A DNA stretch of 64,000 nt from Candidatus Thorarchaeota archaeon (GTDB lineage Archaea > Asgardarchaeota > Thorarchaeia > Thorarchaeales > Thorarchaeaceae), in assembly GCA_016933575.1 (NCBI GenBank), contig JAFGAR010000175.1, positions 27,520 through 91,519 on the forward strand. The letters run 5' to 3'. This document shows, one piece after another, positions 56,800 to 64,000 of the stretch (position 1 is the stretch's first letter; each line of letters begins with the position of its first letter). Both the position numbers and the translations under genes were made by a program. The notes beneath the pieces are model-generated. The model was not told the DNA's origin, did not search any database, and was given only the letters and a program-made list of their open reading frames with translations.

Positions 56800-58386
56800 T
56801 TATTTTTCGAGTTTCGCCATGAAATCCCGGAAGAAGGGACAGAGCGAACCCATCCAATAGAGATTACCAAAGCACTCTTTTCGAAGCTCCTTACGCTCTA
56901 CCCGACATTCAAAGTTCTTCTCGCCATCATAAAACACACACAGATCAATCTCAGAGCCGGGGTCTTCTAAAACAATCCTACGAACCTTTCTCATAAGGGA
57001 AGAATCGGAAGCATCTAACCAATCAGAAAAGGGGCTCATAATAGTGCGAGTCTGTTCTATCAATTCGGGATTTGGTTGTTGACCTCTGGCCCATTGTGTG
57101 ACGATAATACTTGTTTCTGCATTAAATGAGTATAATTTGTGAGCAACTTCCGCAGAAACCTTTCTTGCAAGTTCATAATTTTCAAGTGCTACATCGAGAT
57201 TTTGGAGCAAATAATATGCATCACCGATTACAAAATAAATGAGGGCAAGTGTCTGCTTCATACCAGCATTTTTGGCATATTCAATAGCTTCCTCATAGAG
57301 TCTGAGGGCTTCATGAACATCGCCTCTTCTTATAGAAACGTCGCCAAGATTCAAAGTAGCAACCGTAATTCCACGCATATACTCTGCTTCTTGACTGATT
57401 TCAAGAGCACGTCTGTTGTAGGTTTCCATTTGGTCTATTTGATCAAGAGCTCTATCAATCTCACCTACATTGATTAGAGTTCTTGCAAGACCGACTTGGT
57501 TATTGAGCTGCTGTTGAACAATCAACAATTCCTCGAATTGGTCCCGAGCCTCCTGAAGCTGACCCATATTGAGGTGTATTACACCTCGTAGGTTTCGTGC
57601 ATCAGCAACTCCAGCAATATACCCCATTCGTTCATATTTACGTAATGCAGAAGTCACAAGAGTCATTGCACGATCATGTTCATACATATCTTCCAATGCT
57701 CTGGCTCGATAGTATTGAATGTCATTGAGGGCAAGCTGATGATCAAGGAGTTTTGCAGTATCATGAGCTGAATCAAGTCTAATTAGAGCCTCTTCTCGCG
57801 ATTCTGCATATCCTGCAATGAATGCAAGGATAATCCGAGGTCGTAACAATGCAGACTGCACCATTGTCCTAATTCCAGGATCCTGTGTAGTTGCGATTGT
57901 CACTTTATCTATGCTCTCAGATGCAACATCTCGCGCATGGTCCGCATAGCCTAAATCCATCAGGGCAGAGGCAAGTAGACCAGATAGTTCAGCAAATGTG
58001 ATGTAGTCTTTAGCTTGCCAAGACTGATTGGTAATATTCCTGAGATTGTTCAACCACCTAGGATCAAGACTCTGTTTACAATACGCAGCTGCTGCATAGC
58101 CTTTGCAATTCAAACTCCGACTGTCGCGTGCTAGTATTTGATTATAGCCATACATTCCTCTCAAGAAACAAGCTTTGCTTAGCATTGAAAGAAAAGCAGG
58201 ACTTCTATTGTGCCATTCACCTGCTCCAACGAATTCAATTAGAATGTCAGTGAAAAGCATGAAACGGTCTTTAGTACTTCGAGAGTGAGTTGCTAAGCGA
58301 TTCCCAATCTCCTCTACTTCTGATTTTTCTAACCCTGGTCGGTACATCATGAATTCGGGGATTATTGGGTCGTTCTCCAAGTGCAT
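56800..58386 (-). CDS. Tetratricopeptide repeat protein with C-terminal Cys cluster
   Basis: Repeated A...N.G.....G....A......AL motifs; C-terminal four Cys (C..CRV..ECF..LCPFF). Confidence 0.85.
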   Translation of the reverse strand: MHLENDPIIPEFMMYRPGLEKSEVEEIGNRLATHSRSTKDRFMLFTDILIEFVGAGEWHNRSPAFLSMLSKACFLRGMYGYNQILARDSRSLNCKGYAAAAYCKQSLDPRWLNNLRNITNQSWQAKDYITFAELSGLLASALMDLGYADHARDVASESIDKVTIATTQDPGIRTMVQSALLRPRIILAFIAGYAESREEALIRLDSAHDTAKLLDHQLALNDIQYYRARALEDMYEHDRAMTLVTSALRKYERMGYIAGVADARNLRGVIHLNMGQLQEARDQFEELLIVQQQLNNQVGLARTLINVGEIDRALDQIDQMETYNRRALEISQEAEYMRGITVATLNLGDVSIRRGDVHEALRLYEEAIEYAKNAGMKQTLALIYFVIGDAYYLLQNLDVALENYELARKVSAEVAHKLYSFNAETSIIVTQWARGQQPNPELIEQTRTIMSPFSDWLDASDSSLMRKVRRIVLEDPGSEIDLCVFYDGEKNFECRVERKELRKECFGNLYWMGSLCPFFRDFMAKLEK

Positions 58387-58590
58387 CAGTCCCTATCTCT
58401 CTCAGAACAATTCTAGATGATGAACAGTTATACCTTAGTTCCACTTTTTCCATTTCAAAAGGATTCTAGTGGTTCTATCCGCGAATTTACCTATTAGCAA
58501 AAGATATAGCTTTCTTGCATATCCTAACTAAGATAGAACCAATTGTGAAATGTTAATTTTATCAAAATATGGGATGAAGCTGTGGTTGAC

Positions 58591-59344
58591 ATGGCCAAAA
58601 ACGAGTTAGTAGTGGATTATCAAGTCTAGATGGATACTTGACAGGGGGCTATGTTGAGGGGATGTCAACACTCATAGCAGGCGGTCCTGGAACTGGCAAG
58701 AGTATTTTGACTTGACACTTTCTCTTTGATGGCATAGAAAAAGGAGAGAGGGGGCTCCTTTTTTCCCTGGATCAGACCTCCGACATGCTAATTGAGGACA
58801 TGCAAGATTTTGGATGGGACCCAAAAGAAGCAATTGAAGCAGGGAATCTATCAATCCTGAGTGGAAGCCTTAGAATTTACCGACTGAGACCAGTTATGAA
58901 TATGTCATAGGTTTTGGTCATGCTCTACTTAGAGAACAGCCCTTCACCGTCCCCCGATTAGCAGAGTTAGTCCGGAAGCGAGCGAAAGAATTCAATGCAA
59001 AAAGAATAGTGATTGATGGATTAGGACCTCTTTTGGAACTTGCAGGAAATCGCTCAGAGATCCGACAGTGAGTCTATGGTTTTATTCGCGAGATAGCGGA
59101 TGTCAAGACAACAGTGTTTCTTACCCATGAGTTGAGATCGACGGATCCAGGTCAGAGCGATCAGATGCCATTCTTCATCTGTGATGGAGTAGTTAAACTA
59201 GATACATTGTATTCAGCTGGAGCCTATGTCAGAACGATGCGAATTGTAAAGATGCGTTGAGCCAATTATACAATGAAACGAGCCATGTTCAAGATTGGCC
59301 CTGAGGGTATAGCAGTCTTCCCAGATACAAAGGTACCAGAGTGA
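58591..59344 (+). pseudogene. KaiC/RAD55-family ATPase pseudogene
   Basis: Reconstructed RVSSGLSSLDGYLTGG..AGGPGTGKS..RIVIDGL..CDGVVKL..RIVKMR; two frameshifts and three in-frame TGA. Confidence 0.88.
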
Positions 59345-59349
59345 CACAT

Positions 59350-59727
59350 TCATAAAACGGGCTGGACTTTCTTTACTATGTCGGTCATATCGTACATACT
59401 AAAGGGCTTTTGAAGAAAGGCTCTAGCGCCAGCAGCCAATACGGTCTCATTCTGACCATCAATTAAATCTGAAATGACCACAATTGCGACAAGGGGGTCA
59501 ATATCCAATAGACTCTCAATCAGTCGTACTATCTCGAGTTGTTCCATATCAAAATCTATCAACACAACAGCAGGACTCTCCCCTTGACACATGATGAGAA
59601 GTGAATCAGAGTCTTCTGCCTCACCTATTACATCAAAACCAGAGTCTTCCAGAGCCATTTTTAAGAGCACCCTAAGTAGAGGGACTTCACCAGCAACTAT
59701 GACTCCTGAATGGTTCCGTTTATTCAG
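59350..59727 (-). CDS. Single-domain response regulator (atypical acidic pocket)
   Basis: VIVAGE (for VDD), VLIDFDM, FLQKPF; frame extended to CTG 59727. Confidence 0.8.
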   Translation of the reverse strand: MNKRNHSGVIVAGEVPLLRVLLKMALEDSGFDVIGEAEDSDSLLIMCQGESPAVVLIDFDMEQLEIVRLIESLLDIDPLVAIVVISDLIDGQNETVLAAGARAFLQKPFSMYDMTDIVKKVQPVL

Positions 59728-59777
59728 ACTACAACGACCCCCAAGAAGTCGTTTTTTGGACTACTACTGCTAAACTC

Positions 59778-60140
59778 TTACCCAGATACAGCACTCTCGA
59801 CGAGATCAAGCATGTGTCTGATCGTCACAGGTTTCAATCCAAAACTCACAGCGCCATTGCTCATAGCCTGTTCTCGAACATTTGCATCAGCACTGATGAA
59901 GACAATCTTAGCGTTTGCTTCTATTTCTAGAATCTCTTTCATTGTCTGCATGCCATCTTTGTTCGGCATTCTGTGATCTAGGATTATTACATCTGGTCTT
60001 GGATTGAGAGAAATATACTTTTCAACAGCTTCAGCACCATCAAAAGCGTCTGCTACAACCTCATGTCCTTTAATACTGAAAACGTCCTTATACAAGCGAT
60101 GTAAAATCGCCTCGTCATCGACAATGAAGATTGTAACCAT
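59778..60140 (-). CDS. Single-domain response regulator (CheY-like)
   Basis: IVDDE, ILDHRMP, FISA, LKPV. Confidence 0.92.
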   Translation of the reverse strand: MVTIFIVDDEAILHRLYKDVFSIKGHEVVADAFDGAEAVEKYISLNPRPDVIILDHRMPNKDGMQTMKEILEIEANAKIVFISADANVREQAMSNGAVSFGLKPVTIRHMLDLVESAVSG

Positions 60141-61264
60141 TTGGTGACCTCTTGTCGTTTTTATGGAAGTGCACTGTTGTTACGCAGCCAAAAGATACTC
60201 TCTCTAGGCTTTGTACCTATCGGTAATAACAACGATGTTTGTATCTGTTGTAAGCGTTCTTTCTTTCGAGATATAAATGATATGTGATTGTTCCCAAAGA
60301 ACATTTAGTTTTTGAAATATTGTTGATTGAATCAGGATTAGAGCATTCTATAGGATAATCTTTCATTCTCAATCCCAAATTCAACTAGATAGGTTATCTG
60401 CATAATTTTTTCGCTCTATTCTTGTTTCTCCTGAAACCTTCATACCTTTCGATTTTTCGACGATGTCATCTTACTGAGTGGTGTTTATTTATAACATTTA
60501 TTTGTTAAAATATTATTTACAAAAAATAATTTGTTGCCCCTAATATTATATATTATATACTAATCAAAATAAGTTCATCAATCAAGGGTAACCAACACCA
60601 CCGATCATTCTAGTATCAATTAAAAAGAGATGAGCGCAGTTAGAAGAATCGAAAACAAACACTGAGTCCAGATTGCATATATTCTGTAACCAAATATAGA
60701 ATACATCTATTCATCCTACAACGAAATATAGCCTGAAGTCATACTCATTTAGTGTGTATTGCTACCTTTTTGCGTGGATAACCTGGATTATTTAGTATCA
60801 AAATAGTGCGATAGACCATATGACTCGATTTCTGTGTATGGGAATTAACATATAATCAGAATATTGAGTGGAAAAAAGAGGAGCATGTCAGTCACGAAAA
60901 TTTTGAGAAGACACAATTAGTTTAATTTCAACCATTATCTAATATAATATTCTTGCCTAGTAATGCCTTTCAATGGTACATTATGTACCGATAAAGGGAA
61001 TTTGAATACATTAAAAGTATAAACGATTATTATATTAATTGTTGACGAAAAATCGTCAGATATTGAGTGATAATATTGAGGGATAAAGAAAAATATTAAC
61101 TATAGAAAATTAAGCCATTAAAACAAAATACGCCAGAGAATACATTCAATCTCGTAGAGATGCCACTCTCAGAGGATGCACATCAGCAACTTACACTCAT
61201 TCTTCACACATTCAATCTGCGTAAATGACAGAATCTTCCTGGAAAGAATCATCGTGACAGGCGT

Positions 61265-62314
61265 TCATTCAACATATTCAAGTTCGATTTCTGCATCTTC
61301 TTCAGTGAGTACAACAAGCTTTGATGGTTTACCATCTTTAGTGAATTCAAACCTCATTGCCCTTGCACTTAGCTCTGCTTTGAACTCAACCTCATTGAAA
61401 GGATCAAGGATCTCTTCAAACTCACCTATTCTAATTACGAGATTACTATCCTTGAAGATGAATTCAACTAGATTATTCCGTTTGTATTTCCCTTCAAGCC
61501 TCTTCAAACTCTCCGGAGTGACTTTCTTCTTGGGGTTCTTGAAAAATTCAGTCAGTTTCTTCTCTTCCGGATAACGTCCGACAGGAGCCAACAAAACAAC
61601 AAACTCTTCATCTGTATTCAAGTCAAGGAGTTCATCTAACTTATGCTGCTCATAATAACCAATAGCTACAGTCCCCAGATTTATTGCTTCACAAGCCATG
61701 TATAGGTTCTGACACGCAATTCCCAGATCAATTGCAATGAATTTATGAGAAAGAATAGTATAACGCCATTCAGTTCTGTATGGGACAGCTGTCCAACAGA
61801 AGACCGCAGGAGCAGCTCCGACGAATTTTTGGTCAAATGCGAGTTTGCCCATTTTCTCCTCCACTTCATCAATCTCCTTGAGGAACAGCAATTGATGACT
61901 AAAGGAGATGTACCGATAGAGACCAGATTTGAGTCCATCTACTCTGTTAATGACAAGATAGGTCTCTAAAGGACTCTTAGCGCCAGCAGAGGGAACGGTA
62001 CGTCTAACGCCACGACCTGATTTCAAGACCTCTTTCACACCCTGAGTACTCCAAAGCAGAAATGATAGCTCTTCTAAAGTAAGAGGATCGGAAGTATACT
62101 TCCTTCTGCTTTTCCTCTGATTGACAAGATCAATAAAGGGTGTCTTACCAATAGTAAATTTCTTTGGAGGAATTAGATCGATGAGAGGACTACCTTCAGG
62201 AAAAGGCTGCTGGAAGAGAGGCGCAGGAACCTTCTTGTGTTCATCTGATTCTGGAACTACTTGCTCGTATTCTTCGGAATCAAAAAAGTGTAGAAACCTT
62301 CTTCCCTCTTTCAT
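61265..62314 (-). CDS. SagB/ThcOx-family nitroreductase with C-terminal extension
   Basis: RKSRRKY, RTVPSAGAKSPLETY, WRY, QNLYMACEA..LG. Confidence 0.88.
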   Translation of the reverse strand: MKEGRRFLHFFDSEEYEQVVPESDEHKKVPAPLFQQPFPEGSPLIDLIPPKKFTIGKTPFIDLVNQRKSRRKYTSDPLTLEELSFLLWSTQGVKEVLKSGRGVRRTVPSAGAKSPLETYLVINRVDGLKSGLYRYISFSHQLLFLKEIDEVEEKMGKLAFDQKFVGAAPAVFCWTAVPYRTEWRYTILSHKFIAIDLGIACQNLYMACEAINLGTVAIGYYEQHKLDELLDLNTDEEFVVLLAPVGRYPEEKKLTEFFKNPKKKVTPESLKRLEGKYKRNNLVEFIFKDSNLVIRIGEFEEILDPFNEVEFKAELSARAMRFEFTKDGKPSKLVVLTEEDAEIELEYVE

Positions 62315-62562
62315 AGTTATAGGAGAACAAAGTAATCAATTAAATCTACGTAGGAAAGCAAGATTTCATACTCCTACCAGAGTCATAGTAAGTTTTCTTT
62401 CATATTACAATGTCAAATATACTATGGTGTACTCACATAGATGGAAGTAAACGTTTTACAAATTTGACAATCCCTAGGCCATTCAGATGCATTAAATGCA
62501 TTGATACAATTCTCTCCTCACCATTCGGGCAAATTGGTTTATTCCTTAAAACCTCCATCCAA

Positions 62563-62602
62563 AACGTGTACTCCACGGGACTAACGTGTACTCTACGTGA
62601 AT
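62563..62602. repeat. 20-bp tandem repeat, two copies
   Basis: AACGTGTACTCCACGGGACT / AACGTGTACTCTACGTGAAT. Confidence 0.6.
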
Positions 62603-62611
62603 AGGAAAACA

Positions 62612-62682
62612 AGCATGTACCAGTGACAATTCGTACACCCGGAGTTGGTGTTTCCGAAGATTCGAATTGACTGGTACATGCT
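62612..62682 (-). ncRNA. Candidate structured RNA (three-way junction with cUUCGg loop)
   Basis: 13-bp + 7-bp closing stem, internal ACACC/GGTGT hairpin, UC-UUCG-GA on minus strand. Confidence 0.35.
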
Positions 62683-62739
62683 ACTAATTTGTCGAAGAAC
62701 ATAATAGGCACATCAATTCATGATTTCGTCTGATACATC

Positions 62740-63957
62740 ATGCCATATGATACTGATGTCATCGTCATTGGTGCTGGTCCTGCAGGACTTATCGCGTCTC
62801 AAACTCTTGCATCATCCAATATTGCGTATACACTAATTGAGCGATCAAATGAACCAGGTTGCGATAAACCGTGTGGAGGCTTTATTCCAGCATCAACCAT
62901 CAAGAGATTCGAAATTCCAGCGGTTGAGGGCCAACATGAAATTGATACAGCTAGAATGAAATTCCCTAGAAGAGACCTTGTCAGTATCCAGTTTGAAGAG
63001 ATGCTTGGAGTCAATGTTAGCAGACCCGCCTTGGGGAAGGCACTCTTAAGCAAAATACCAGATCAACACAAGACCACACTATTAGGAACGACCGTAACAA
63101 AAATGGAAACAAGCAATGAGATGTGCCGAGTTTGGATTCAGCAAGGTGAAGATGAAAGAGTCCTAACTGCCCAACTCATTATAGATGCAAGTGGAGCAAA
63201 TCCAGTAAGTCAACGTTTTGTCACATTGAGAAAGAGGATACCCAATACAGGTATGGGATATGGTCTCCAATATCATATTGAAATGGAGCGAGAGCTAGGA
63301 GGCTCCAATGCATTCCTCTATGGTAACAAATATTCTCCGAGCGGGTATTGTTGGATCTTCCCTCGAGGACGCATAGCTATTGTTGGGACAGGCGGTCTAG
63401 TTAGTAGAGTAAGAGAGAATGATCGTCGCACACATGAATATCTTGACTATGTTCTTGCAGAAGTTGAACCATTTAATAACGAGCTAGACGGAGGTACAAT
63501 AATCAAGAAGGATTCCGCATTAATGCCGCTCTGCGGGATTATACGGCCTTCATTCGGGAAGAGGATTATGCTGGCAGGAGATGCTGCAGGACATTGTTCG
63601 CCAATAAGTGGAGAAGGTATTCATTACTCAATGGCCGGGGGATATGCTGCTGCAATGACTGCCATTCAGTGTATTAAGGGGTCTAATTTCTCGGATGATA
63701 TGCTTTCATCATACGAAAAGAGATGGACCAAAGACATAGGTTCTGACTTGAAATGGGGTTTATGGCTCCAAAGAAAACTCATGAGACCAGGCGCTGGTGA
63801 GAATGGAGGATGGTCTAGCTCTGGATTCATTGACTCAGAAAAGTCCCAGACAACAATAGCAGAGATGCTAATGGGAGTACGATCTGTTCGAAGTGCAATT
63901 CTCTCAATTGCTCCAGGATATCTTCGTTCGAAGATTGGACGAAGTTGGAAGAAATAG
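62740..63957 (+). CDS. Geranylgeranyl reductase family flavoprotein
   Basis: IGAGPAG, KPCGG, YCWIFP, LAGDAAG..SPISGEGI. Confidence 0.9.
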   Translation: MPYDTDVIVIGAGPAGLIASQTLASSNIAYTLIERSNEPGCDKPCGGFIPASTIKRFEIPAVEGQHEIDTARMKFPRRDLVSIQFEEMLGVNVSRPALGKALLSKIPDQHKTTLLGTTVTKMETSNEMCRVWIQQGEDERVLTAQLIIDASGANPVSQRFVTLRKRIPNTGMGYGLQYHIEMERELGGSNAFLYGNKYSPSGYCWIFPRGRIAIVGTGGLVSRVRENDRRTHEYLDYVLAEVEPFNNELDGGTIIKKDSALMPLCGIIRPSFGKRIMLAGDAAGHCSPISGEGIHYSMAGGYAAAMTAIQCIKGSNFSDDMLSSYEKRWTKDIGSDLKWGLWLQRKLMRPGAGENGGWSSSGFIDSEKSQTTIAEMLMGVRSVRSAILSIAPGYLRSKIGRSWKK

Positions 63958-64000
63958 TTCTCTCTTTTTATTGAACTTGCAATTTGCCGCCCCAAATATC

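Noticed and set aside
58591-59344. All three internal stops are TGA: selenocysteine or TGA recoding?
   Set aside because: They do not fall in Cys-type redox motifs, the gene also has two frameshifts, and TGA is an ordinary stop for many genes in the window.
60141-61264. Replication origin
   Set aside because: No ORB consensus or adjacent orc1/cdc6 recognised.
62563-62602. Mini CRISPR array
   Set aside because: Only two abutting 20-bp copies, no spacers, no cas genes.
62433-62711. 92-aa ORF in the sagB/GGR intergenic region
   Set aside because: No motif or clear RBS; the sequence is better explained by the inverted and tandem repeats.

Overview
Gene-dense archaeal chromosomal segment, most likely from an Asgard archaeon (Thorarchaeota-like). 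This is an inference from tandem Rab-like GTPases, GvpD/KaiC-like ATPases, a geranylgeranyl reductase, archaeal-type PhoU regulators, GGAGG/GGTG ribosome-binding sites and C-terminally anchored surface proteins. Contents: two Rab-like GTPases; a pstSCAB-phoU-phoU operon with a divergent AbrB-PhoU regulator; an orphan N4/N6 DNA methyltransferase; a 2320-aa gingipain (C25)-type surface protease; two paralogous ~760-aa surface proteins; housekeeping/peptide-catabolic genes (pfkA, corA, S9 peptidase, pcp, fetAB); and a KaiC-like ATPase/response-regulator cluster containing an unannotated KaiC/RAD55 pseudogene. The most striking feature is a ~6.5 kb cassette (32133-38696) bounded by a duplicated 3' end of a dinB-family gene. 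It carries a tight three-gene operon: a membrane-anchored receiver-only response regulator, a 1202-aa SF2 (DExH) helicase and a soluble PAS-PAS histidine kinase, i.e. a candidate two-component system whose output is a helicase. Other notable signals are CTG start codons needed to complete at least two genes, and a candidate structured RNA with a cUUCGg loop at ~62.6 kb. No rRNA, tRNA, CRISPR array, transposase or integrase was recognised.
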